A stretch of 35,613 bases of DNA from Pseudomonadota bacterium. Its GTDB lineage: Bacteria > Pseudomonadota > Gammaproteobacteria > Steroidobacterales > JBCAXP01. A program made the translations under genes and the position numbers. Shown here in pieces: positions 1-8,005 of the stretch. The stretch spans positions 1-35,613 of the forward strand of contig JBCAXP010000003.1 of NCBI GenBank assembly GCA_038533995.1. The letters are read 5' to 3'. The notes below the pieces were generated by a model. It did no database searches and was not told the origin of the DNA. It was given only the letters and a program-made list of their open reading frames with translations. The first letter of the stretch is position 1. Each line of letters begins with the position of its first letter.

Positions 1-1609
1 TGAGCGCCGCCGCCGGTTTGTGATACGCGTTTGGCCCAAGCCGCAACACGGAATCCGACTGCGTCATGATTGGCACCTGGTCCTCGGATTTCATGTAATC
101 AACGACGTCGCGAGGCTGGTTGTTCCAGGGAATCTCCGTGTCCCACTCCCAGCCTGCCAGCGCGTCGAGAAAGCTGTTAAGGCCCTCATCCATCCAGGTC
201 CACTGGCGTTCGTCCGAGTTAACGATCATCGGAAAGTAGTTGTGACCAACTTCGTGGATGATCACGCCAACGAGGTAGCGCTTTTCCGCGAGGGTGTAGG
301 TGCGATCGCCATCGTCCTGCAGGTCGGTGCGTGGCCCGTTGAACGTGATCATCGGGTATTCCATGCCGCCGACCGGTCCGTTCACTGACTGTGAAACCGG
401 GTAGGGGTAGTCGAAGGCGTAGCGCGAGTAAACCTTCATCGTGTGAATCACTGCGGCAGTCGAGTACTTTGACCACAGTGGTTCGCCCTCCTTGGGATAG
501 AAGGACATCGCCATCACCTCTGGTTGCACTTCGCCGCCCTGGCTGTAGCCCTGCGCATCCCAGATGAACTTGCGGGACGACGCCCACGCAAAGTCGCGCA
601 CGTTCTCGGCTGCAAAGCGCCACGTCTTCGAGCCGCGAGCCGCCTTGCGTTCGTTCTCAAGCGCTTCTTCCGGCGTCACGATGAACACTGGCGCTTCCGC
701 CGTGCGCGCCCGGTCGAGTCGTCGCTGCTGCGTGGCCGTCAGCACATCGTCAGGGTTTTGCAACACACCGGTGGACGACACGATGTGGTCTTCCGGCACC
801 GTGATGTCCACGGTGTAGTTGCCAAACTCCAGGGTGAATTCGCCGCGTCCAATAAATTCCTTGTTGGTCCAGCCCTCGTAATCGGTGTACGCATGCAGGC
901 GAGGGAACCATTGGGCCAGCAAGAAGATGTCGTTGCCGCCGTCGCGCTCGTCATCCGGGAAGTGCTCGAAGCCCGCCCGCGCCGCGACGGCGTCTTCCTC
1001 GACGATGTTGAAGGCAAAGTCGATCTCGAACTCCGCGCTCTCGCCGGGGCGCAGCGGCTGGCGAAGATCGACTCTGAGGTTGGTGCCCACCACCGTGTAG
1101 GCCAGTTCTCCCTCCAGATCCTCGACCGACTGCAGGTCGTAGCCGAGTTCGTTGTCAGCCATGAACTGCTGGCGGCGGAGTTCATCGAGGCTTATCTGCG
1201 GGGGCTTGCCGTCCTCGGCGTCGTGAATTTTCGGCCCCCGCCGGCTGCTGTCTGCGAAGGCTGCGGCGCGCTCGGCGAGTGAATCGTTGCGAAAGCGGTT
1301 CTGGTCGAGCTGCAGCCACAGGAAGCGCAGCGTGTCAGGGCTGCGGTTCGTATAGCGCACGCGCTCGCTCGCTTCGATTCGCCGCTTGTCTTCGATGAGC
1401 CGTACGTCGATCCAATAGTCGACGCTTTGCTGCCAGTACTCGTGACCGGGTTCGCCGCCCGCGGTGCGATAGCTGTTGGCTGTGGGCAGCACTTCGTCGA
1501 GCTGGCGGAACTTGTCCTGGAACTCGCCCTTTGTCTGCTGGATAGCGGACATCGCGGACGATGAAAACAACAGGGCTGCGATCAGCAGCCATGAACTGGA
1601 TCGGAACAT
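1..1609 (-). CDS. M1 family zinc metallo-aminopeptidase, secreted; 3' part runs off the left edge of the window
   Basis: Absent from the ORF track because there is no stop in the window. Manual translation from ATG 1609: signal peptide MFRSSSWLLIAALLFSSSAMSA, then YRTAGGEPGHEYWQQSVDY, GGMEYP exopeptidase motif, and HEVGHNYFPMIVNSDERQWTWMDEG (HExxH-x18-E). Confidence 0.93.
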   Translation of the reverse strand, partial: MFRSSSWLLIAALLFSSSAMSAIQQTKGEFQDKFRQLDEVLPTANSYRTAGGEPGHEYWQQSVDYWIDVRLIEDKRRIEASERVRYTNRSPDTLRFLWLQLDQNRFRNDSLAERAAAFADSSRRGPKIHDAEDGKPPQISLDELRRQQFMADNELGYDLQSVEDLEGELAYTVVGTNLRVDLRQPLRPGESAEFEIDFAFNIVEEDAVAARAGFEHFPDDERDGGNDIFLLAQWFPRLHAYTDYEGWTNKEFIGRGEFTLEFGNYTVDITVPEDHIVSSTGVLQNPDDVLTATQQRRLDRARTAEAPVFIVTPEEALENERKAARGSKTWRFAAENVRDFAWASSRKFIWDAQGYSQGGEVQPEVMAMSFYPKEGEPLWSKYSTAAVIHTMKVYSRYAFDYPYPVSQSVNGPVGGMEYPMITFNGPRTDLQDDGDRTYTLAEKRYLVGVIIHEVGHNYFPMIVNSDERQWTWMDEGLNSFLDALAGWEWDTEIPWNNQPRDVVDYMKSEDQVPIMTQSDSVLRLGPNAYHKPAAAL

Positions 1610-1688
1610 CTATGGACCTTCTGAAGTTGGGAGAGATTAACGTGTTGGGGCGTTTGCGGATGCCCTGACCGGTGCCCGCAATTTCACC

Positions 1689-2657
1689 TCATTGCTTGAT
1701 GAGTTTCGCGTCGCTTAGCTGATAGACGGCGCTCTCGCTTGTCGTCAGCGCCTTGAAGCGCCCCTCGAGGACTACCGGCCCCCAGGCCACCTCGATACCT
1801 TCTTCGGCAAACACCTCGACCGCTCCCGCCGGGCCTCCCGGCACGTGGAAGTAACAGCCGGGCGGGTGTGACGTCAGCAGGAACCACTCCTGTGTAATTC
1901 CGGCTTTCAGCGGCACCATGAACCCTGCCATTTTGACCGTCTCGCCCGAGCGTGCCGTAACCGCCTCGGGAAAGTCCGCGTAGAAGGTCACGTCCTCGAG
2001 ACGAACGTCGGCCTGGAGCAGGTCGTCCCACGACAGGAAGTCCTCACCCAACTCCGGCAGCGAGAAGGAGTTTGTCCTGAAGCTGATAACGTTGAACAGG
2101 ACCTCGATGCTCGCGTCTGCATAGTTGACAGCGACGCGATCCAGGCCCATCTGACCGGCCACAATCGCAAATTCGACGATGCCATCCTGGCCAGACGTGG
2201 GTGACTTCGCCAGGTCTTCGGGCGTGAACAACTGGCTGGTGCCCTCGATGGAGAACGTCGGGGCGGCGCCTTCGACCGGCTGCCCTTCGCCAGTTTCCAC
2301 GCGGATGCCGACGTAGGCGTAATCCTCCTCGACCAGGTCGATGACGTAGCGTCCTTGCTCGTCAAGGTAACCGCGCTCGACCAGCGGCGCTATCGTGACG
2401 TTGGTTGCATCGGCTGCGGGAACGGACTCCACAGGCTGCGTCTCGTCAGCGTTCGCGTCCGTATCAGGCGGTTCAGCGTTCAGCTCGTCAGCGGTCAGGC
2501 CGCTCTGCGGCAACAGATCTTCGTCTGTGTCCTGTGCATTTGCCGTGGCGGCCGTCACGATCATGAAGAGCAGGGCAGTGGGCAGCACCGTGCTCCAGGT
2601 GGCCGTGTTCCAGCTGGCCCTTTTCCAATAGGCCCTTCTCCAATAGACAACACTCAT
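1689..2657 (-). CDS. DUF3299 (ZrgD-like) domain protein with an acidic linker and an N-terminal Ig-like extension
   Basis: C-terminal LSWDDL...VKMAGFMVPL...FLLTSHPPGCYFHVP...VVLEGRF...YQL matches the DUF3299 pattern. ATG 2657 lies 10 nt after the permease stop, with a GGGAAG RBS. Signal-like segment ends ANA-Q. Confidence 0.78.
   Translation of the reverse strand: MSVVYWRRAYWKRASWNTATWSTVLPTALLFMIVTAATANAQDTDEDLLPQSGLTADELNAEPPDTDANADETQPVESVPAADATNVTIAPLVERGYLDEQGRYVIDLVEEDYAYVGIRVETGEGQPVEGAAPTFSIEGTSQLFTPEDLAKSPTSGQDGIVEFAIVAGQMGLDRVAVNYADASIEVLFNVISFRTNSFSLPELGEDFLSWDDLLQADVRLEDVTFYADFPEAVTARSGETVKMAGFMVPLKAGITQEWFLLTSHPPGCYFHVPGGPAGAVEVFAEEGIEVAWGPVVLEGRFKALTTSESAVYQLSDAKLIKQ
2586..2645. 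repeat. Degenerate 15-bp tandem repeat (x4) encoding YWRRA-YWKRA-SWNTA-TWSTV
   Basis: Plus-strand units such as ttccagctggccctt / ttccaataggccctt / ctccaatag; Trp every fifth residue. Confidence 0.7.
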
Positions 2658-2667
2658 CGTGACTTCC

Positions 2668-4038
2668 CTACGCCTCCGCCAACACCCTGGCAACGTCTGT
2701 CCGATAGGCCTGCACGGCAGGGATTGCGGCGGCAATTGCGCCTACCCCAAAGAGGCTAAACAGTAGCAGCGTTTCCTCGGGAATCCACGTCCACCCTGTC
2801 AGAACCACTCCGCGTGTGCTCTCGAGCCAGCCGCCAAGCAGCTCCATCGCGCCATGCGCTACGAGGAACCCGAGCACAACGCCCACCAGGGAAAGCAACA
2901 GCCCTTCGAGTATCAGCGCCAGCAGAAGCTCCCCGCGCGTGGCGCCGAGGCAGCGGAGAATGGCGAGATCGGATCGCCGCGCTCGCAGCGAACCGTAGAG
3001 GGCAGCGAAGACGGACAGGGCAGCAGTCAGGATCAACACCCATGCAAAGGCGCTGAGCCCGTCCAGCCCGATCCCGACGAGCTGAAGAATGCGCGCAATC
3101 TCGATGGCCGGCGCCGCTGCCTGCAGTTTTCCCTCTGCGTTTACCTGTCGCGGCAGCGTCAGGGCCGCCATGGGAGACTGGTAGGTGAGCAGCATCGCCG
3201 TGATCTCGGCGCTCGAGTCGTGCCGGTCGTGCCCGCTGTCATGCTCAGGCTCGTCCTCATGGTCGTGAGCATCGTCAGCGTGGTCGTCGTCCTCGTGCCC
3301 GTCGCCGTCATGGCCGTGTTCGTCGTCGTCATCGTCATGGCCGTGTTCGTCGTCGTCATCGTCATGGCCGTGTTCGTCGTCGTCATCGTCGTGGCCGTGC
3401 TCGTCGTCATGGTCATCATCGCCTGCTCCGTGGAGATCCCAAACGCTTTCCAGCGACGTCAGGATCAGGCGATCCACCACCGTTCCGGTTGGCTCCAGCA
3501 CGCCCACGACGCGATACGGATGCGAATCGTGCCGCTGACCGCCGGACTCCAGGCCATGGGAGCCCTCGAAACTGGCGCCCGGACTCAAGCCCGCGGACTG
3601 CGCGGCGGCCGACCCAACGACCGCTTCCAATGTCTCGTTCCAGAAACGGCCAGACGCCAGCCCGGCGCCGTAGAGCTCCGCATACTCCGGGGTGGTTCCC
3701 ACGATGCGATGGCCGCGATAACTGTCACCGAGCGAGAGCGGGATGGCGGTTCTCACCCGAGGGTCATCGGCCCACTGCTCAGCGTCCTCAAGCGAAATAT
3801 TCCCGGGCGGCAGATCGGCATGGTAGACGGCGGACAGCACCAGCTGGACCGGGCTTCCCGTTGACCCGAGCACCAGGTCGATGCCGCCGGCGTCGCGCGT
3901 CATCGTCTCCGAGAGCTGCGAGCCGGCAAGCATCAGCAACACGATGCTCGCGGTGCCAAGCGCCATCAGCAGCATATTGACGGCCGACGTCAGCGGCGAC
4001 AGCCGGAGGTTGGCGATGGCGAGGCGGAGCCACGTCAT
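2668..4038 (-). CDS. FtsX/MacB-type ABC transporter permease (ZrgC-like) with a His/Asp-rich insert
   Basis: GIDLVLG..GSPVQLVLSAVYH, AIPLSLGDSYRG.RIVGTT, VVGVL..TGTVVDRLILT and R.DLAILRCLGA motifs; 4-TM layout; ATGA overlap with the ATPase gene. Confidence 0.9.
   Translation of the reverse strand: MTWLRLAIANLRLSPLTSAVNMLLMALGTASIVLLMLAGSQLSETMTRDAGGIDLVLGSTGSPVQLVLSAVYHADLPPGNISLEDAEQWADDPRVRTAIPLSLGDSYRGHRIVGTTPEYAELYGAGLASGRFWNETLEAVVGSAAAQSAGLSPGASFEGSHGLESGGQRHDSHPYRVVGVLEPTGTVVDRLILTSLESVWDLHGAGDDDHDDEHGHDDDDDEHGHDDDDDEHGHDDDDDEHGHDGDGHEDDDHADDAHDHEDEPEHDSGHDRHDSSAEITAMLLTYQSPMAALTLPRQVNAEGKLQAAAPAIEIARILQLVGIGLDGLSAFAWVLILTAALSVFAALYGSLRARRSDLAILRCLGATRGELLLALILEGLLLSLVGVVLGFLVAHGAMELLGGWLESTRGVVLTGWTWIPEETLLLFSLFGVGAIAAAIPAVQAYRTDVARVLAEA
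3306..3408. repeat. 27-bp tandem repeat (three exact copies plus one partial) encoding (EHGHDDDDD)n
   Basis: Unit cgtcatggccgtgttcgtcgtcgtcat at 3306, 3333 and 3360; degenerate copy at 3387. Confidence 0.95.
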
Positions 4039-4694
4039 GGTGCCACCTCAAGGTCGAGCTCACCGTCGAGACGACCGCGAACACGTTGATCGTGGGTGAC
4101 CACCAGCAGCGCCGCACCAACGCTCCGGGCCGACGATTGCAGCAGCGCCAGCGCGCGCTCTGCATGACCGTCGTCCAGGGCCGAGGTGGGTTCGTCGGCC
4201 ATGATCAGCTCCGGACCGTGTACCAGGGCGCGCGCGATAGCGACCCGCTGCGCCTGTCCCTGGCTAAGCATCGACGGCATTCGATGCTCAAGGCCGCTGA
4301 GTTCGAGCTGATCGAACAGTGCCGCCACCCGCCCGGCATCGCCACCGCTGCCGCTGAGACGCTGAGCGAGCAATACGTTGTCCCTGACGTTCAGGGCCGG
4401 CAGGAGATGCAGGCGCTGAAACACCAGGCCAATGTGGCGGCCGCGAAAGCGGTCCAGCGACGCTGCCTTGAGTTCATCGAGGCGCTGCCCCAGAACCTCG
4501 ATTCTACCGGCATTGGGCCGAATCAGACCGGCCAGAAGGTGCAGAAAAGTGGTCTTGCCGCAGCCTGACGGTCCAATCACAGCTACGCTCGATGCGCGGT
4601 CGAGCGTGAACTGCGGAATGTTCAAAATTGTCTTGTCGGCGTAGCTAAATGTGAGATCGCTTACGTCGATGGAAGGTGTTTTTTTGTCGAGCAT
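4035..4694 (-). CDS. ABC transporter ATP-binding protein (LolD/MacB-like, ZrgB-like)
   Basis: Walker A GPSGCGKT, signature [15 protein letters not shown], Walker B IMADEPT, VTHD. Confidence 0.95.
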   Translation of the reverse strand: MLDKKTPSIDVSDLTFSYADKTILNIPQFTLDRASSVAVIGPSGCGKTTFLHLLAGLIRPNAGRIEVLGQRLDELKAASLDRFRGRHIGLVFQRLHLLPALNVRDNVLLAQRLSGSGGDAGRVAALFDQLELSGLEHRMPSMLSQGQAQRVAIARALVHGPELIMADEPTSALDDGHAERALALLQSSARSVGAALLVVTHDQRVRGRLDGELDLEVAP

Positions 4695-4782
4695 CAAGAC
4701 CCCGGGCCGCCGGCTCCGTGCTCCAGTTGTGACTGCTTAAGCCGCATTCGGTTCAACGATGCAGCCTTCAGAATGGGCGCAT

Positions 4783-4805
4783 AAAATGATATGTTATAAC
4801 GTTTC
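4783..4805. promoter_or_regulatory. Zur-like box between the divergent ABC operon and the MerC-domain gene; overlaps an extended -10 (TGtTATAAC)
   Basis: aaaatgatatgttataacgtttc matches 18 of 22 defined positions of the gammaproteobacterial Zur consensus GAAATGTTATA-N-TATAACATTTC; AT-rich island in GC-rich DNA flanked by metal-uptake-type genes. Confidence 0.8.
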
Positions 4806-4823
4806 ATGGGAAAGTTCATAACG

Positions 4824-5258
4824 ATGGATCGAAATGACACCTTTGACGAGACGACGATGATCGATGTGCGCATGGACACAACACGGACCGTGGCTGACTG
4901 GCTCGGCATGGCGGCATCGACGGCGTGCGTCGTTCATTGCCTCCTGCTGCCAGCGCTGATGGTCACGGGGGCGATGCTGCCAGCCGCCTTTCACAGCGAC
5001 GAGCACTTTCACCACATCATGCTGTGGATTGTCGTTCCAACCGCGCTCGTGGCGTTCGGGATTGGGTGGTGGCGACACAGGGATCTGCGCGTGCTGGCAC
5101 TCGGGTGCATCGGCCTGGCGGGTATCGTGATGGCCGGCACGATGCTGCACGACGCGCTCGGCGAGAACGGCGAACGCGTGGTCACGCTCCTGTCGGCCAG
5201 CCTGCTGATTGCCGCGCATTATCGAAACTTCAGTATTTGCCGGACATCGGACTGTTAG
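4824..5258 (+). CDS. MerC domain-containing membrane protein
   Basis: DWLGMAASTACVVHCLLLP, E.FH, G..RHR, E...TL....LLIAAH..N...CR pattern; four hydrophobic segments. Start uncertain (4806, 4824, 4857 or 4872). Confidence 0.88.
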   Translation: MDRNDTFDETTMIDVRMDTTRTVADWLGMAASTACVVHCLLLPALMVTGAMLPAAFHSDEHFHHIMLWIVVPTALVAFGIGWWRHRDLRVLALGCIGLAGIVMAGTMLHDALGENGERVVTLLSASLLIAAHYRNFSICRTSDC

Positions 5259-5279
5259 GACCGGCCTGGCCAGGCGGTC
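5259..5279. terminator. Palindromic hairpin between convergent genes
   Basis: gaccggcctggccaggcggtc is a near-perfect inverted repeat filling the 20-bp gap; no poly-T tail. Confidence 0.35.
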
Positions 5280-6483
5280 AGTCGCGAAGTGCGTCGGCGA
5301 TGGCCTGGTACATGGCGTTTTGCCAGGCCCAGTCAGCCTCTTTGCTTGCGACCGGTCGGGCGCTGTGCAACGCGATGACCGTGTTTTCGTCGCGGTTTAG
5401 GTAAATGCCCTGGCCAAAGATGCCGCTGGCCGTGAATACGCCGTCGCCTTGTAACCACCAGAAGTAGCCGTAGCCGTTGTAACCGCGGGACGGCGTGGTG
5501 GACTCGGTCATCCATTCGGACGGCAGTACCTGCGTGCCATCGGCGAGTTTTCCATTGGCCAACGCGAAAAGACCAAGTCGGCCGTAGTCGCGCAGCGTCG
5601 CGTTGATGCAGCACCCGCCAAACTCTCCGCCGCCAGGCTCTGTGAGGTTCCACGAGCCGTCCGCCTCCATGCCGAACGGGCGCCAGATTTTCTCCGAAAG
5701 GTAGGTGGCGAGGTTGTTGCCGATGGCCGATCGCAACAGCGTTCCGGCGAGGTTGGTTTCCGCCGTGTTGTAGTTGAACTTCTCACCCGGTTCGGCGAGG
5801 CGCGGCTTTTCTCGCAGGTAGTCGTAGAGCGCAATCGTTTCCCACGATGCCGACGCCACGTCGGATTCTGGATCTGCATAGTCTTCATTCCATTGCACGC
5901 CCGATGCCATTTGCAGGAGGTCGGCTATCGATGCCTGGTCGTAGGATGAGCCCTGCAAGCGGGGCAGGTAGCGGGTGACCTTTTCATCGGCGCTGGCGAT
6001 GTAGCCGTCCTGAATCGCAGCGCCAATCAGCATCGAAACCACGGACTTCGCGACGGAGAAGGAAATCCACCGACTGTTTTCGTCGTTGCCAAGACCATAC
6101 CGCTCGAAGGCGATATTGCCATCCTTGATCACCAGCAGGCCGGCAACGCTCTGGCGCGTGAAGTACTCCGCGACCGTCATGGACTGACCGCCCATGCGGA
6201 TTTCAACGTCGTCAAGGTCAACGCGTTGGTAGGGCAGCGGATGCACGTTTGTCCCGGCCTTGATCGTTCTTGTCGGAAAAATCCTGTCGGAGTTGCGGTA
6301 GCCGGCGACCTGTTGCTTCGGCGTCCAGGTAAGCACGTTCTGCGGCGCGCCGAGGTGCTCTGTGTCATCTGCCGGATCTACGTAGGGCGCCTCGGCATTG
6401 ACAGCAGATGTCAGGCCGAGCAGGCAGGCAGCGGCCAGCCAAACCGGTTTGTTGAATCTTTGCATTGAATTAACGTTATCCAT
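5278..6483 (-). CDS. Serine hydrolase, beta-lactamase class C / 6-aminohexanoate-dimer hydrolase family, secreted
   Basis: SVAK (SxxK), LLQMASG, PGEKFNYN, LSEKIW.P.GM, YGYFWW and ASGIFGQ motifs; signal peptide ending VNA-E. Start 6483 or 6465. Confidence 0.9.
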   Translation of the reverse strand: MDNVNSMQRFNKPVWLAAACLLGLTSAVNAEAPYVDPADDTEHLGAPQNVLTWTPKQQVAGYRNSDRIFPTRTIKAGTNVHPLPYQRVDLDDVEIRMGGQSMTVAEYFTRQSVAGLLVIKDGNIAFERYGLGNDENSRWISFSVAKSVVSMLIGAAIQDGYIASADEKVTRYLPRLQGSSYDQASIADLLQMASGVQWNEDYADPESDVASASWETIALYDYLREKPRLAEPGEKFNYNTAETNLAGTLLRSAIGNNLATYLSEKIWRPFGMEADGSWNLTEPGGGEFGGCCINATLRDYGRLGLFALANGKLADGTQVLPSEWMTESTTPSRGYNGYGYFWWLQGDGVFTASGIFGQGIYLNRDENTVIALHSARPVASKEADWAWQNAMYQAIADALRD

Positions 6484-6484
6484 G

Positions 6485-7537
6485 TCAGGGTAAGTAGCGC
6501 AGCCAGTCCTCGCTCGAAAACTTGCCCGCCGCCAGCTCCTCGGCCGCGGCAAACTCGTCCGGCTCTATCCTGCCTGGTCTGGCGTGGTACAGCTCGGTAA
6601 ACGTCTCGGCCATGCGGGCCATGACCTCCAGCCGCGGCAGGCCGGTCTGACTGCGCACCGGGTCGACACGCTTGGCCGCACTTGCGGTGCCCTTGTCGGA
6701 GAGCTTCTCGCGGCCAATGCGCAGAATCTGCATCATCTTTGCAGCGTCCATGTCGTACGCCATCGTCACGTGGTGCAATACGCTGCCGCGCCGGTAGCGC
6801 TTTTGCGCCGCGCCGCCGATTTTCCCCTGCGGACTCGCAATGTCGTTGAGCGGCTTGTACACCGCGTCGACTCCGAGTTCGTTTAGCGCCTTGAGAATCC
6901 AGCTGTCGAAGAATGCGTAGGAGTCGGCGATGCTCATGTTGCTGACGAGTTCACCCGGCGCATACAGCGAGTAGGTGATCGCGGTGCCTTTCTCCACGAA
7001 CATGGCGCCGCCCCCGGTGACCCGCCGTACCACCTGCACGTCGTGCTTTGCGGCGGCGTCGAGGTCGACCTCGTTTCTGAGCGACTGGAAGGCGCCGATG
7101 ATGACGGCAGCGCGATCCCACTCCCAGAAACGCACCGTCGGTGCGCGGCGCCCCTCGTCAACCGCCGTCGCGAGCACATCGTCCAGCGCCAGGTGCATCG
7201 CCGGCGACAGCGGTTCACTGGCTTCAATGATTTGCCATTCAAAGTCATGCCAGGTTTTCTCTGTGCCGAGCGCCCGGCGCGCCGCAATCACAACCGCCTT
7301 TATGCTGAAGCCGATAAGTGTCGCATCCGGGCGGAGCTCCGCCATGATGGCGGCCGTCAGCTCGGCGGCGGTGGCGTCCGCCGGCTGGCCGTTGAGCGCG
7401 CGACTGAAGTCGCCCAGAGCCTCGGCAGGTTCAAGGAAAAAGTCGCCCGCGAGTTGCACGTCGGTCAGTTTGCCGTCCTTCACATGGAGATCGACCACGA
7501 CCAGTTTGCCGTTCGGAACTTTGTACTCGCCGTGCAT
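6485..7537 (-). CDS. lplA: Lipoate-protein ligase A family (permuted type, accessory domain at the N-terminus)
   Basis: MHGEYKVPNGKLVVVD N-terminus, VVRRVTGGGAMF, PLNDI, GKIGGAAQ, LHHVTMAYD; AGGAG RBS before ATG 7537. Confidence 0.9.
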   Translation of the reverse strand: MHGEYKVPNGKLVVVDLHVKDGKLTDVQLAGDFFLEPAEALGDFSRALNGQPADATAAELTAAIMAELRPDATLIGFSIKAVVIAARRALGTEKTWHDFEWQIIEASEPLSPAMHLALDDVLATAVDEGRRAPTVRFWEWDRAAVIIGAFQSLRNEVDLDAAAKHDVQVVRRVTGGGAMFVEKGTAITYSLYAPGELVSNMSIADSYAFFDSWILKALNELGVDAVYKPLNDIASPQGKIGGAAQKRYRRGSVLHHVTMAYDMDAAKMMQILRIGREKLSDKGTASAAKRVDPVRSQTGLPRLEVMARMAETFTELYHARPGRIEPDEFAAAEELAAGKFSSEDWLRYLP

Positions 7538-7702
7538 GGGTTGCTCCTGGTACTGCTGGATTTTTGTGAATGTGAGGGTAGGGCGCGCAATCGAGGCTCG
7601 CTTGGCACCCGCTGATGATCGCACAACGTTTGGCTTGCCGGTCTCCGGCCGTGTCAAACGGCTTCTGTGCCCGTACCGCGCCCAGCCCCGTGAGCCCGAT
7701 AT

Positions 7703-7735
7703 TAGACAAGCATTGTAGATATGTTATAACGTACC
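7703..7735 (+). promoter_or_regulatory. sigma70-type promoter (TAGACA-16-TATAAC with extended -10 TG) overlapped by a second Zur-like core
   Basis: tagaca 7703-7708 and tataac 7725-7730. gatatgttataacgt (7718-7732) is identical to 4788-4802. Confidence 0.6.
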
Positions 7736-7736
7736 T

Positions 7737-7925
7737 GTACGCAGGCTGATCGTCATCCTGCCCTGCGACCAAGCCCGAGGCCTCGGTGCTTGGGCGCCAG
7801 ATGCGGCAAGCGCCTCCTCCATGCCGAGGCGAGGCCATCTGGCTGCGAACCCTTCGCTTACCTACCGACTACGGAAGGACGCCCGGCCAGGGATGGCCGG
7901 ACTCTCACCGCTATTCCCGCTTTCA
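7737..7925 (+). ncRNA. Candidate structured RNA (sRNA or long 5' leader); family not recognised
   Basis: Six consecutive hairpins directly downstream of the promoter (7741-7761, 7769-7793, 7796-7843, 7845-7857, 7861-7878, 7883-7900); no credible ORF. Boundaries and strand are inferred. Confidence 0.4.
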
Positions 7926-8005
7926 AGTAATTCCGCGTTCTGGCGCACCGCGCGCGCATCGGTTAGGGTCTGGCCGGCATCCAGGCTGCCGAAGGTCACA
8001 CTCTG

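Noticed and set aside
3306-3408. Direct repeats of CRISPR-like length (27 bp)
   Set aside because: Head-to-tail with no spacers, in frame within a coding sequence, and no cas genes.
4824-5258. Mercury-resistance locus
   Set aside because: No merR, merA, merT or merP; the context and upstream box point to zinc homeostasis.
5278-6483. Antibiotic-resistance beta-lactamase
   Set aside because: Motifs fit the broad esterase/amidase (NylB-like) branch; the AmpC KTG motif is replaced by ASG.
6466-6483. AT-rich taacgtta palindrome near the serine hydrolase start
   Set aside because: Only 8 bp, with no convincing match to the Zur or LacI motifs in this window; could be chance.
7675-7800. gcgcccagccccgtgagcccgatatt resembles part of enterobacterial 6S RNA
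   Set aside because: No long closing stem, no conserved 3' CUUGAAC..GUUCAAG segment, and not in the zapA-ygfA context.
7895-7925. Minus-strand gcgggaatagcggtgagagtccg resembles the start of a cobalamin riboswitch (GGGAA..GGTG.AA.TCC)
   Set aside because: The downstream CCCGC.ACTGT, GCCACTG, GGGAAG and B12-box elements are absent, and the downstream gene is lplA.
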